The notes beneath the pieces are model-generated. The model had not been told where the DNA came from, did no database searches, and worked only from the letters and a program-made list of their open reading frames with translations. Shown in pieces: positions 12,587-25,605 of a stretch of 64,000 nt of DNA (its first letter is position 1; each line of letters starts with the position of its first letter). This stretch comes from Podarcis filfolensis. Lineage: Eukaryota. The stretch is taken from assembly GCA_964270895.1 (NCBI GenBank), contig OZ185445.1, one strand, 5' to 3'. Made by a program: the position numbers and the translations under genes.

Positions 12587-13457
12587 CATTTGAGTGATGT
12601 TCAGCTAAGTTGTAACTAAGGCTGAAGAACTTTGATGGAGCAGAAGAGCAGGATATTGCTGGTACCTAGAGGCAAGGGAAATTGCAATTATCTCTGCATC
12701 TGCTCCCTCCCCCTTTTATATGGGTTATATCTGTGTGGTCCCCTCCCCTTTTATATAGGTTAATAAATAGGCGCTAATACTGTTGAGCAGCTGCTCTTAA
12801 TTATAATGTGTAGAAATGAATCCAAAGTTTACTCATGACTAAGTTTCTCAAGTTTAACAGGTTTCTATCTTTGGTGAAATATTTTTAGTGAAATGAAATT
12901 TTAATGAAATAGAAGCTGAAAGCTGATGTCAGGCATCTTGCAGCATAGCTTGAGACCACCTTAAATTATATATTTTCTTAAAATTTGTGCTTGCTGCCCC
13001 TTTTATCTGAAAGGTATTTGGATGTATCTATTTCTCCTGGAACAAATGTTTTTCATTCTCACAAATAGTACATGTATCAGTTTAATAGCACACATTTTAC
13101 AGGTGATGGGAACCTCTCCAGTTCTTTATGAGAATGTGGAGTAGTGGCAGTTAAAGTGAATGGATTTATTTAAAGTAATTAAAACACAGATGGAGCTCAT
13201 CCCTTCACCAAGTATTTGATTGGCAGATACACTGTGGTCAGTGTTTACTCTAGCTGAATACATAGGCACCATCTGCCTTTACTCTGCTTCCAGGAGGCGA
13301 TGTTGGAAGAATCGTTGTGATTATCACATGAGTTAATTTTAACCTCCCATCTGAGCTTACCTCCAGCCAAGCATTCTTGACTAAGACAAAAATAGAGATG
13401 TCAAGGTTTCCACTTTAATGAAAGATCTGCGGTTTAAAGGGATGACACCAGCATGAA

Positions 13458-13585
13458 TTCCAGAGGGGTAGCCACGCTGGTATGGAACAACATAAATTGA
13501 GTTCTGTGGCACTTTTTAAAGAGTAACAAATATATCATTCTATAAGCTTTCATGGCCCAGTAGTCATCCTTTATAAGATGCATAA
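13458..13585 (-). mobile_element. Penelope-like element 3' tail fragment
   Basis: ccagaggggtagcc...gtggcact...aagctttcatgg...agatgcat resembles the reverse of the sauropsid Penelope tail; second copy at 34088-34178 on the opposite strand. Confidence 0.6.
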
Positions 13586-16494
13586 GTCATTGCCTAAATA
13601 GGTAGGTTTCTATACCCTGAGGACAGAGATCCAAGAGGAAAATATATGAGGCCAAATGCCCAAGCAATGCAAGTGATAAGAATAGGTGTTGCTTCTATCA
13701 CTACTAGTCAGAGCACAAATGAAGACAAGGCTCAGTCAAGTTAATATAACCTTCTGTACTAATTTGATTGTACTATGCATAGTAATGCGACAACAGACAC
13801 TATTATCACAGGCATCCTACTTTATCAAGATATAGGTTCTGGCTCAAAATCAGGTTCTCACCTCTCTTGAGAAGAGAACCAGCGAGACCTTGCTTAAAAT
13901 CATTTCAATGAATATAATTATAAAATTGCTACTTGACTAGATCCTTAGTTGCAGTGGGTGTTTTAACTGTTTTTAGCATTGTCCCAAGTATCAGTGCTCT
14001 TCCTAGATGCACCAAGAATGTGTGTGTGCTTGTAAGCTATTAAAAGAAGTATGGTAGTGGGAAGAATGGAATGAGATTCCTCTGAAAAGTTCTATGAATG
14101 ATGTAATGAGAATCCTGTTTAGCCTTGTCACTCCTATGTGAAATGTGCTTTGTTCCTTATAAGTTAGTGTAAGGTTCGTCTTTCCACTGTTTAGGTGATT
14201 CTCATATTTCCATACTAAGAAAAGAAAGAAGTTATTGTAAAATGGTAAGTTGACTCCCTTTGATGGAGATTAAAGTTGAGTTGGCTGCAATTGATATTGA
14301 TAGTTTGGTGGCATTTTACTGACTGACCCTGGTCCATGGATTAATGGTAGGAAGAACCAGCTGCTTTTGCCTCATTTCTACCCTGGATGGTGAAATCCAT
14401 TGAGCAGATAGGGATTTTGTATGATGCATTTAAAATACATGGTGCCAAATGGTCTCAAGGAGTGGTCAGTAACTAAGAAACAATTGGATTAACAATTGTT
14501 CTCTGCTTTCTGAAATGTAGCAGTGCTAGTGCATTCAACTACAATGTATCAACTAACACATTAGAAGTAATAGTACATTGAAAAGCTCATTTTCTTCTGA
14601 GAATAAAAGCTAGCAGCTGACGTGATATTGCTGATTGGTTGAATTCTCCCTTCCCATTGTTTAATCCTACGCGTTCCATAGATGTTTGCATAGTTCGGTG
14701 CAATAACAATATTTTAATATGTACTTTAAAATGTGAATAACTTAAAAGTAGTAAATAGAACTTTCTTCAAAAGTCCAAGTATGTAGGCAATTCATAATTT
14801 TATTTTATATTGAATGCTAATTTATAGTAAAGAGCAGCCAATAAATTAACTTTCAATATAAATTGGCAAAATGGGGCACTACCTAATGAATTGTATTTGT
14901 GTGTGAAAGTGGCAACAGCAACCTGCCCGTTGCTCCTTATTTTCTGTTTGCTTACATTTCTTCTTCCTCTTTCTTTCTTTCTTTCTTGTCTTGATGCCAC
15001 AGTAGTTGCTTGAGTTGCAGATTAGGGCTTTATAAAATGTATGCCTTAGGAGTAAAGTTTAGGGCTAAATACAGATCACTTGGCAGCAAGCGGGTTGATT
15101 TTGGCAGGCATGTGTAGGGAAGCTGCTGCTATAGGAAGGAGCTTTGCCAGCAGACAGGGTGCACACGCTCCTTAGGCATATAATCCTTTCTCAGTTGTCA
15201 AACTGGCATATTTACAGTCAGTGAAAAGAAAGCCATCACACCCATACAACACCATGCCCAGCCGGTCCAGAAAGTCATTCGAATGACAGTGTGTTTTGCA
15301 CACAGCCACCTTTTAAATGTTTTATTTCTTAAAGAGATGCTGCAGAGGAGGCCGAGCGATGAGCAGAGCTCAATTCCAGGTGTGGTAGTTATGATTTCTC
15401 ATCAACTCTGCTCAAGAGAGGCAGGTGGATCTTCCCTGGAGTGTCCCTCTTCTCCAGCAGAAGCTGTGTAAATAATTTACAGCACAGTAAATAGTGATCA
15501 CTGGAAAATATGCTGTAGATTTGGATAAGTTGGGTGGGGAGCAGAGCTTGGTTCCTTGACAGATGAAGTGCCAGTTAGAAATGTGGCCCACTGCATTCAG
15601 AGATTTATCTACATAGGGCTTTATATACCACACCATTTGAGTGCCTACACAGTGCTTGGGCTGCCCTCTAACTATTAAAACCAATTATAAAATGCAATTT
15701 TAACATTCTGTAAAAATAACAATGCTAAAAGGTAGGTTCAGTTGATGAAACTGACATCAGATATAAAACCATCTACCCAGTAACAATAGTCTTTGTTATC
15801 TGGTGAAACACAGAAAAGGACATAGCCAACCAAGACTCACGGGTGCAAAAGATTTCCATTGTTTGGGTGGAACCACCAAGGAGACTTTTTCTCTTGTCCT
15901 GATCAGCTGAACCTCCACACAGTCTGAACACAGGGAACCAAATCTTACAGCATGCACTATAAAGTTGACAAGTAACATTATTTGTTACTATAGAAAAAGA
16001 AGTGGCAAGCCTTTCTTTTTGCTGTTGATTGGGAAGGTGGGTTTCTCAGCATCCTAAAAAGACAAAGGAACATTTGTTTCTATACACAGTCAAAATTCCT
16101 CACTTCATATTAAAATGCAGGCAATGTTTATACATTTCTAGCTGAGAGATGTGTTGTGACGGGAAGAACCCATGGGGAGTAGATTTAAATGCAGCAGTTC
16201 TGTTTACTCTTTGAAATCTTCTTTATAAAATGCTCTGTGTTCTGCATTTGGATTGGTGGAGGTGGAGGAGGACAGTTTTATCTGCGAACAAAGGATTGAT
16301 AGCTGACCTCGGCCAACATCTGAGGGAAGCCTTCTTCTGAATTGCTTCTCTAGGCACCTTGCTATTCTTTTGAGATGAACAAGGGCAGCCCAACTTGCAT
16401 ACCAACATTTAAAACTGTGTGCCGGTTCTGTGCAATGTTACAGGAGTGAGCAGAATGTCAATAACATTTGTGAGCAAATATATACTTAGTCTCT

Positions 16495-16630
16495 AGACCA
16501 ATTGCTCCAAACTTGGTGCTGTCCAAATGTTGTTGGACTACAAATTCTGCAATCCCTGACTATTGGCCATGTTGACAGGGGCTGATGGGAGACGGGACGA
16601 CATCTAGAGGGCATCAGTAGCGAAGCCTGA
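16495..16630. mobile_element. Degenerate palindromic hAT-type MITE
   Basis: Shares the gatgttgttggactacaa...ccctgac...gatggga...acatctagagggca core with the 20113/21898 copies. Confidence 0.55.
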
Positions 16631-16699
16631 TTTGGACTCTCCAGATGGGAGGGTTGATGTCCCTCTCTTACATAGTACAGAAACTCCAGATTCAGATAT

Positions 16700-17215
16700 T
16701 GTAATAATGCATTTTGCATGGGGCCTGTCTATGAAGACTGTTGAGAAGCTTCATTTGGTTTAAAATGCAGTGACTAGGCTTTAGTCTGTTGCACGTAGGT
16801 CAGAGCACATAATTCCGTGTTTTGTTTTTTGGTAAGCCCCATTGCTTCCTATTTGCTCCTGGGCTCAAGTCAAAGTGCTGGTTCTAGCTTTTAAAACTCT
16901 AAATTGTTTAGTTCCTGTTTACATTAAAGATTGCTTGGGAACAGAGAACAACACTGGAGGTCAGTTAACCAAAGAGACTACCTTATCTGTGGCGGTTCCA
17001 CTGTGTTATAAAACTCTTCCTGTTAAAATTAGTCAGGCTTCCTCCTTGTATCCCTTTTGCCAGAAATTGAAGACTCTCTTATTTTGACTGAATTTGAATG
17101 CGTGGTGCCTAGTTTTATTGCTGCAAGTTTTAATGTGCAGGGTTTTTTTAGTCTTGCTTGTGTAAGGTCGGTTGCACTATGTTCATTGCTGCTTTTAGAA
17201 ACAGTTTGTTAACCT
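16700..17215 (+). mobile_element. L2 LINE 3' fragment
   Basis: ORF 16842-17087 LPICSWAQVKVLVLAFKTLNCLVPVYIKDCL matches the L2 ORF2 C-terminal motif (LHWLP...FK.LVL.FK.L.GL.P.YL.D.L). Confidence 0.75.
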
Positions 17216-17499
17216 AGCAATCCTTTGGCCCCTGGGATGCTCTTGCCCTTCTGGCACCAGTTGATAAGGCCACAAAAAGGGTGTGTGCCAGCGAAAAGGA
17301 GTAGGGGGAGTTGTTGGACCCAAAGGATCCAATACCACCAAGTCAACATGCCTCCAAACTGGAGATTAAACTATACCAAGGATCAGCGGGTACCTTCTGT
17401 GCCAACTTTTAAATGCCCGCTGAAAACGTTTCCATTGTGTAGTCAGGCAATTTAGAACACACACTCTACTGCTGATGTTTGTTTTTAACTTTTTAATTA

Positions 17500-17725
17500 C
17501 AGTGGTACCTCGGGTTAAGTACTTAATTCATTCCGGAGGTCCGTTCTTAACCTGAAACTGTTCTTAACCTGAGGTACCACTTTAGCTAATGGGGCCTCCT
17601 GCTGTTGCCGCGCCACTGGAGCACGATTTCTTTTCTTATCCTGAAGCAAAGTTCTTAACCCGAGGTACTATTTCTGGGTTAGCAGAGTCTGTAACCTGAA
17701 GCGTATGTAACCCGAAGTACCACTG
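17500..17725 (+). mobile_element. Tc1/mariner-pogo MITE, family A copy 2
   Basis: TIR cagtggtacctcgggtta / taacccgaagtaccactg; TA on left, CA on right. Confidence 0.9.
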
Positions 17726-17795
17726 CATTTTTTGCTTGATTTTGTTTTTATACCTATTGTAAATCACTGCAATATATTTTTATATGAAGGAAATA

Positions 17796-18053
17796 CCGTA
17801 TTTTTTGCTCTATAAGACTCACTTTTTCCCTCCTAAAAAGTAAGGGGAAATGTGTATGCGTCTTATGGAGCGAATGCAGGCTGCACAGCTATCCCCGAAG
17901 ACAGAACAGCAAGAGGGATTGCTGCTTTCACTGCGCAGCGATCCCTCTTGCTGTTCTGGGTTCTGAGATTCAGAATGTTTTTTTCTTGTTTTCCTCCTCC
18001 AAAAACTAGGTGCGTCTTGTGGTCTGGTGTGTCTTATAGAGCGAAAAATACGG
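17796..18053. mobile_element. pogo/Tigger-like MITE, family B
   Basis: 23-bp TIR ccgtattttt(t/c)gctctataagac (22/23 match); TA TSD at 17794-17795 and 18054-18055. Confidence 0.88.
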
Positions 18054-18232
18054 TACTCATTTGCCCTCATTTTGTCCTGTTGGTGAGAACCCAGCAAAGA
18101 TTTGGATACTTCAGCCTCTGTCTCTTCTCCTCCCCCTCCCAAATTTAGGGTTATTCTGTGCACTCTTCTGGATACAGTTAGTAAAAGAGTGTATAGTTAC
18201 TTATCTCCTTGGCTCAGGGGTCGCATAACTCT

Positions 18233-18369
18233 ATACCCTCCAACATATCTCCAATGAAAATAGGGATGTCCTAAGGAAAAGCGGGACATTCTGGGATCAA
18301 ATCAGAAACTGGGACAGCTTTTGTAAATCCGGGACCGTCTTTGGAAAACATGGACACTTGGAGGGTCAG
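18233..18369. mobile_element. Short non-autonomous DNA element
   Basis: Inverted ends accctccaa / ttggagggt and internal gggaca(c/t) subterminal repeats. Confidence 0.55.
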
Positions 18370-20112
18370 TTGTTCATGTGATTTTAAATCAGAGAATGAA
18401 TACATTACTGTGGAAACATACAGTACAAATACTTGGCTACGTGTGAAGAACTGTCCTACTAACTCGCTATTCCCACAAGCACATAGAGAGACATGCTTTG
18501 AAGTAGGGTTGTCAAAGAAGCTCTCTTTTTGGATGGCTTGGTCAGTAGGCTATCTGTGGGTTCTTAAGAAAGGGATATTATCCAGAAATTGTTTATAGCC
18601 TCGTGGCTCATTCCTGCTGTTGTGCCCCTTTTTTGCGGTGGGGAGGAATTGCTGTAAAATTTAGCTTGTGCACTTGGATTCAGTTTCATAAAGCTTTAGA
18701 GCTTTTGTTCCTTTCTGCAGGAAGCTTGGTAGCTCTTCATTAGCACCAGTGAGAAATGTTTTCGTCTTAGATTCAAGTGTTAAATGGTCTGAATGTAAAC
18801 TGTAAGACAAATGGAGCTCCTACAGCTCCAGCTGTGGTATAAATAGCATTTTTCTCTCTCACTTTCAGTTTTGATTTGTAGGCCTTGTAAGTTCACGCAA
18901 GCAGTTTTCCGGAGAAATTCTGCCTTTATACATGGTGCTTCAGTGAGGAATAAAATGTTTTGTCCTTGTTCAAAAGGACTACTGTATGTGGTCTTTTTTT
19001 TCAAATAAAACACATAAGCGTGCCTTTTCTCTTCCTTTTGAGTACAGCTCTTGTGGGAATGAAACAATGTGAGAAAACAAAGCAAAATGTGCAACATGCT
19101 TTTTTTTTTAACCAATATGCCTCTACTGAACGGATCCAACCAGGATTTTCTACGTCCAGTACACTGTATGTGTATTAGGCCCTATGATCTACTCAGAAAA
19201 TAGTACACAGATTTGCATATGTTTTGTCATATGCAAATTTGTGTCCTCATTTGCAGGTGGAGTGGAAGGCCCCAAAATAAAAGTGTGCCAAAGGAAAGGG
19301 TAAACAGCAATTTAGAACCTTAGGCAGACCTGTTCAGAGCTTGTCTGAGGCCCGGGGCAAGTGTATGCCCCATGGGACTGGTGTCCAAACAACTGTTTGT
19401 CAATCACAACTCTTGATTTCGCTTACTGGTTACAAGGTGGGAGCAGCCAGGCCAGTTCATGTCACAGAAATTCCTTAGATGGATCCCGACATATTTTGCT
19501 TCATAAAGGAATGATCAAGGACTTCTTTTTTATAGGCTGAAAATGGGAAATATTAATTCACGGATGTCTTGTGCCATCATTATATTATTATTAGAGTGTG
19601 CTGTTAAGCATTGGGTGCTGCTGAAACACATAATCAAATCAAGCAAACAACATTTAAAGTTAACACATGCACCTTGTGGATGAACTATATAGATTTTGTC
19701 TTCCTAAACTGAGTTTTCAAGTTTAAGTTATTGTGAATAAGTTGCTTTTCAAATAGTGAAACGAGACAGATTAGAAAAAACCTAAAAATTTCTAATCATG
19801 TTTACAACATACTTGAAATTCTTATAAAGTTTTTTTTTATATATAGCAAAAATCCCCAAACAATAAACTACCTTATCTGCAGCAAACCTTGTGAGAAATC
19901 TTGAGTGCAAACTTTTTGCACTGGCACTGGATGAAGAATCTTCTTTTTATAGTAAGAAAATGCTTTGAATCCACCTAGAAGCAGATTTTTAAAAACTTAC
20001 AATAAATTTTATTGGTGAGAAATTCCAGTGCATGGTGTGATCTGTATCTACATTTTCCAAGGAAAGCAGAAACCTTGGCATTATTGCTTGGGAAGGAACT
20101 GTTGCTCTAGCC

Positions 20113-20248
20113 CAGGCAGCCCCAAACTCGGCCCTCCAGCTGTTTTGGGACTACAACTCCCATCATCCCTAGCTAACAGGACCAGTGGTCAGGGATGATG
20201 GGAGTTGTAGTCCCAAAACAGCTGGAGGGCCAAGTTTGGGGATGCCTG
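20113..20248. mobile_element. Palindromic hAT MITE
   Basis: TIR caggca(g/t)ccccaaact (15/16), almost fully self-complementary; perfect 8-bp TSD ctctagcc at 20105-20112 and 20249-20256. Confidence 0.92.
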
Positions 20249-20390
20249 CTCTAGCCTGTGTACAGGGGCAACTTGCTGATGTATGAAGGATGGTATTCAT
20301 TATAGCTCAGTTCTGCTGTATGAACCTGCCTAGAGCAGCTGAGCCACAGCTGAAATCATGTTTAAAGGAAACACTGAGTAGGCTTGAAAA

Positions 20391-20412
20391 TGTGTGTGTG
20401 TGTGTGTGTGTG
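20391..20412. repeat. (TG)11 microsatellite
   Basis: Read directly. Confidence 0.95.
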
Positions 20413-21226
20413 CATGCCCCTAAACCACAACAATAGCATATCTGAAGGATCTCTTTATTGTGATTGAATATAATACAACTGAAGATAGTAAAAACGTCTG
20501 CATTATGTCTGCTTGTTTGCATTATCTTCAAGGACACCTTGTAATCTCAATAAGCTTCCCTTTATTGCATCCATGGATTTATGTTATGGAAGAGCAGAGG
20601 TATTGGCCCCGTGGTGTAATAAAACTATGCAGTTAATTTAATCAAGGTGCTGAAAAGTCACAGTTCTCAGGATTATATTTTGTTATGTCTTTTTACTATG
20701 GAATATTCCATCAAAATCCTGCCATTACGTATCTATAACATCTCTGTATGGCATGGAAGTGATCATCAATAAGTTCCAAGCTTGCAGTCAATGACCTTAA
20801 GGCATTGCAATAGCTGTAAGAGAATAAATTATTCCTTAAACGAGAGTAATAAGTGCTAGGTGGTGGTAGAAGATTGCTTTCTGCAAAGGAAATCATGGGC
20901 AGAATACAGTAATGTCATCAGCAACCTAAAATGCAGAATGAAACAGCCATGCAAAGGGCTAGGTATGCTGAGCAAGGCAAGTTGTACAGTAAAATGTACA
21001 AGAGTATAAACTGCTGAGTAATACACCTAGAAAGTGCAGGTCATCTCTGGCAATCCTGTTCATGTCTGCTCAGGAGTAAAGGCCCAAAGGGGCCTCTCTC
21101 TCTCAAGGATGTATGTGTAGGATTGCAGCTGCAGAGGCCACCTTCCGTGTTCAAGATTAGGAAGTGCAATGCATCTGAAAACATTAGAAAGCCCCCTAAT
21201 GTAAAATATGGTATTAAGACTTTATG

Positions 21227-21362
21227 CAGGCATGGCCAAACTTGGCCTTCCAGCTGTTTTGGGACTACAGTTCCCATCATCCCTGACCTCTGGTCCTGTT
21301 AGCTAGGGATGATGAGAATTGTAGTCCCAAAACAGCTGGAGGGCCAAGTTTGGCCATGCCTG
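21227..21362. mobile_element. Palindromic hAT MITE, same family, opposite orientation
   Basis: TIR caggcatggccaaacttgg; TSD ctttat-g / ctttatag. Confidence 0.88.
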
Positions 21363-21878
21363 CTTTATAGTGTTAGAAACTGTTGGAAATAGAATACAAC
21401 CGAAACCGTGCTTCTTCCTGGCTCTTGCCTTGCTGGCTCATCCTCTTGTTTTGCCTTTCCTTGTCCTCTCCCTTGTTGCCTCTTGCAAGGATTCTTTAAC
21501 AGAAACCATGCATACAGACAGGACTGGCGATATAAATCTGCTGTATGATCCCTAGTGAAGACAGATGTTTTGATATGGCAAAGTACCACATAAATCATAT
21601 CTGTTCAACACAAATCCAACTGTTTTAATTTTAAACTGTTTTATACCTTAGGAATATAGGAAAATTCTTTGTAATGTGGTCAGGCCATTGGTACATCTAG
21701 TTCAATACTGGCAACCCAGACTGGCAGACTAGCTTTCCAGGGTTTCGTACAGAAGTCTTTCTAGCTCTATCTGGATATGCTGCGAATTAAACCTAGGACC
21801 TTCTGAATACAAAGCAAATTGTCTACCCCTGAGCTGCAACCCATTTCTGTGGTGTGAATAATGTTCTGTAAAATCTAG

Positions 21879-22250
21879 AGGGCCAGTGTGGTTACAGCAG
21901 CCTTTCTCAGCCTTGGGCCCCCAGATGTTGTTGGACTACAACTGCCACCATCCCTAGCTGGCTGGGCCAGTGGTTAGGGATGATGGGAGTTGTATTCCAA
22001 CAACACTCAGGGACACAAGGTTGAGAAAGGCTGGCTTAGAGTGTGGGACTAGGAGCTGGGAGACCAGGGTTCAAATCCCCACTGGGCCATGAAACTCATT
22101 GGGTGACCTTGGGCCGGTTGTTGCCTCTCATCCTAACCTACCATATAGGGTTGTTGTGGGGGTTAAATGAGGAGGGTCAGAACCGTGTACATCACATTGA
22201 GCCCCTTGGAGAAAAAAGTGGGATGGAGGTGTAAGAAATAATTAAATAAA
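21879..22250 (+). mobile_element. tRNA-derived MIR/Squam-like SINE, interrupted by the MITE at 21898-22033
   Basis: Head gggccagtgtg..., B box ggttcaaatcc, core gggtgaccttgggc...ctaacctacc...gggttgttgtg, A-rich tail. Confidence 0.75.
21898..22033. mobile_element. hAT MITE inserted into a SINE head
   Basis: TIR cagcctttctca / tgagaaaggctg; TSD ggttacag / gcttagag (6/8). Confidence 0.8.
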
Positions 22251-24419
22251 CTGTATTCTATAGCATGCGAACCAGTTGGAGTAGGGAAACTTTGCTATGC
22301 ATTACTTACCGTGGAAAAATATTATGGAAATATGACAATTTGAAAATGTATCCATGCTACTTTTATAGCTTCATTTGAGGATATGAATGATAAATTTAAG
22401 ATTATATGGATATATATTTTTTAATAAAAACCCTAATCAGGGTTTATTATTAGCAGTATAAAGAATGCATTGAAAGAAGGAGATAAAATTTCTTTGATAA
22501 AATTTCCTTGGAATGTAATGCCTTCTTAACAAGTTTATTTTTGTTGCTTTTGGAAGAGATTTCAGGTTTGAGTAATCACTGTTTACCGATTGGCAGTGCT
22601 TGTGCAGACTTTTGACAGCTTTTTGGATAATTTCAATATTGCTGTCATGCTGGAATTCTTTGCCTACACTATGTGAAACATTGCAAATATTAAACAAGAT
22701 GATCCTAAATATAGACAATGAACAGCATGCCTATAATAAAAACTGAATATAATAGTTTTAGATGCATAAAAATTTTATATGCCTATCAGCAATATTGCCT
22801 AATGCAACTGTAGACACAACTAAATATTTCTGTTATGGGATTGTGCTAGTTATTCACAATTTTGAAAATGTACTTGCTTTTTAATTAACTGTGCATGGTT
22901 ATAAGGTCAGAAATTAAATTCATGAGGATTTAAACACTAAAACTATTATCACTTGGATCCTTAAATAATTCTATTTAAGCAAATTCACAGAAGAAAATTT
23001 TCCCATCCTCTATTTCCCCCTGCAACCTTCTACACCACCACCACACTGCAAAAAAATTAAAACCTCTCTCAGAATTGTGAGGGACCCTTCTGAATACTTT
23101 GGGATGGGGTAGAGAGGGAGAAAGAGCAAATTGGAACAGTGGTGCAGTTAGGTAATTTTTGACTGGATTTAATTACCCTACAGGTGCACTTCTCAATGTG
23201 GTAATGTCCTCCTGCTCATTCTCCTGGAATTCTTCTCCAAAGTACTGTACAGATGGCACCACTGAATGAGAAACTTTCCACCCTGAGAAGTTATTGAAGC
23301 TTAGGATCTAAGCCATTGAATCCATTGCTCTTTGCAGGCCTATTTTTTTAGATTTTAGATGGAAGAATAGTTTTGTACTGAGACATCAAAATCATGACAA
23401 GTGCTCTTAACCTGTGTACCCACTGTCTAGGCAAAGGATAAAGTGAAATTCAGGATTTGTGAGAATTGTGAGTCATTGAGAGATGATGACTTGAGTTGTA
23501 TAAATATAAAACCAGGTAATCCTGTTGTGGAAGATTACCAGACTAAAGTACTAAAGGTTGCACGATTTTCAGCCTTTGGGGCTTAACCTGGAGAAAATTA
23601 GACTTCAGTAAAGTGGTTGTTCATATGCACTTAGAGAATGCTGCTGTAATTTTGTGGTTGTGTTTTCCTTCATAATTTTTTTGAGTTAAATATCAGCAAT
23701 GTTGGCATGTGCCACTTAAATGTCATTATCCAGATACACGCATTAAGCTATTGTGGTACATTTATGCCTCTTACATTCCAGGTACTGTACTTCATTGTGA
23801 CCTTTGTTCCTTAGTTGCATCCTGTTCGCTGACTTATTACAGCCAGCTCTTCAGCGAGTATGCTTCTCAGACTTTTGATAGCAGAGGCATGCTCATTTTC
23901 TAAATGGAAAATGTTCTTAAAAGGCAAACATTTCGAGTTAACAATTTTGTCTCGTTAGTGGAACCCACCTGTGGTGCTACTGAACGTGTTGCAGTTCTGG
24001 ACATGGCTCCTGGATGGAAAGGGGAACAGCCAAGAACAGCAACTTATGCAAAGGGCAGTTCATTTGAGGACTTTCTCCTTCTGAATAATCCTGTCTGTCC
24101 ACTGAGGTCGCAGATGTCTTGCTATCATCTTAAATAGATGGGAATACAGGAAAGGGTGTATCTTTTGTTATGGTGTCCAGTGTGTGAAAATATCTACCTA
24201 GCTCTTTTTCTAAAGATTGTCAATTGATACTTAGGAAAACGAGAGAAAGCTCTCTTCTAGGCTGGGTCCTGTGTATTGCCATTCAGTGGTGTAGCGTGGG
24301 TTGCCAGTGCCTAGGGCACGTGTTGCACCCCACCCCCCCGACAGCTGGGGTGGAGGCACATGTTTTATTTAATGGAATTTGTATACTCCATTATTGGGGG
24401 GGACGGGGACAACAACCAC

Positions 24420-24720
24420 TAAGCAGTTTTATAAAACTAACATTTCCATTAACATTATCAGTAACTTGTTTTTAACTCTGGCTTTTAACTTTTAAAAAAA
24501 TCAAAATATAAATAAAATCAGCAGTTCAGGATATGTATAATAAGAAAAAAATGCAAATAAAATGTATGCTAACCATGCCTATCGGGGTAAACACAAAAAA
24601 TTCTTAGTAGCTGCAGCAAAGTTGCCTGCCTAATGTCAAAGGGCGAGCAGTTCCAGAGTATAGGTGCTGTTGCACTAAAAGATTGATTCCTTACAAGTGC
24701 AGAATGAACACTATTTGGCA
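24420..24720 (-). mobile_element. Degenerate L2-like 3' fragment
   Basis: Resemblance only (gagcagttccagagtataggtgc...gcactaaaag). Confidence 0.35.
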
Positions 24721-25605
24721 ACAGAAAATAGGGATGCTAAGCATTATCCTGTATCTTCACCTTAACATATGAAAGTGACCTCCTGCCCCATTGTCAATGC
24801 CCTTTCATTCTCTCTAGTGACTGACTGCTTTCCCCTTTCTGTCTGGGTTACCGTGCCACCTCTTTCAACCTCTTGTTTTGATCGCTGCTAAATTGGTTAA
24901 TCCTATTTTCCAGACACTTTCATAGTTTAGTCTAAGCAACATGTAATCAGCTTTTCAGAAGCAAACAGCTGGCTGTGTCTCAGGAATAGAAACCAAGGTG
25001 CCCTGTTAAAAGTAAGCTGTTTTTCTCTTGTTGCCGATTTAGTTCTACACATTGTGTCTTAGTAGCATGGGGAGTTAATGTATCTTACCAAAGTGTGAGA
25101 TGCTTATCAAATAACTTTGTTACACTATAAATGTTTTCATACAAAACTTACACAAAAGTAAAAATAAAGCTCTTCCTCTCCTCACAAAAACTACTGTTAA
25201 AATTTACTGTGGTGCGTACCTTATGAGTTGTGTAGGATAAAGCCAGTGTTGCTTGAGAAGGTAATTAATCGAGCTCTTGGTTCTGTAAGGTGAAGCAGAT
25301 GACATATTTGTGCAGGCTTCAATAAATAAGTTGAAAAGCTCTGAAAAATCAAACATTATGTAACTCAGTTGCAACATAATATAGAATGGAATTATTGCTC
25401 TGGCTGCTGAATGTCTCTTACTCTGCCTTCCCTGGGTTTATTTCATTGATTTTTAATTTTCTGAAAGTTGTATTTAAAATCTTCTAAGCAACCTGTTTGC
25501 ATCACCCATTGGCAGTTTTAAACACACTTCTTGTGGGAGGGAGTTCCGCATGCTCACCACTGCCATGTGGTTCGTCTTATAAACCTGTCAATCTGATGTG
25601 CTGTA

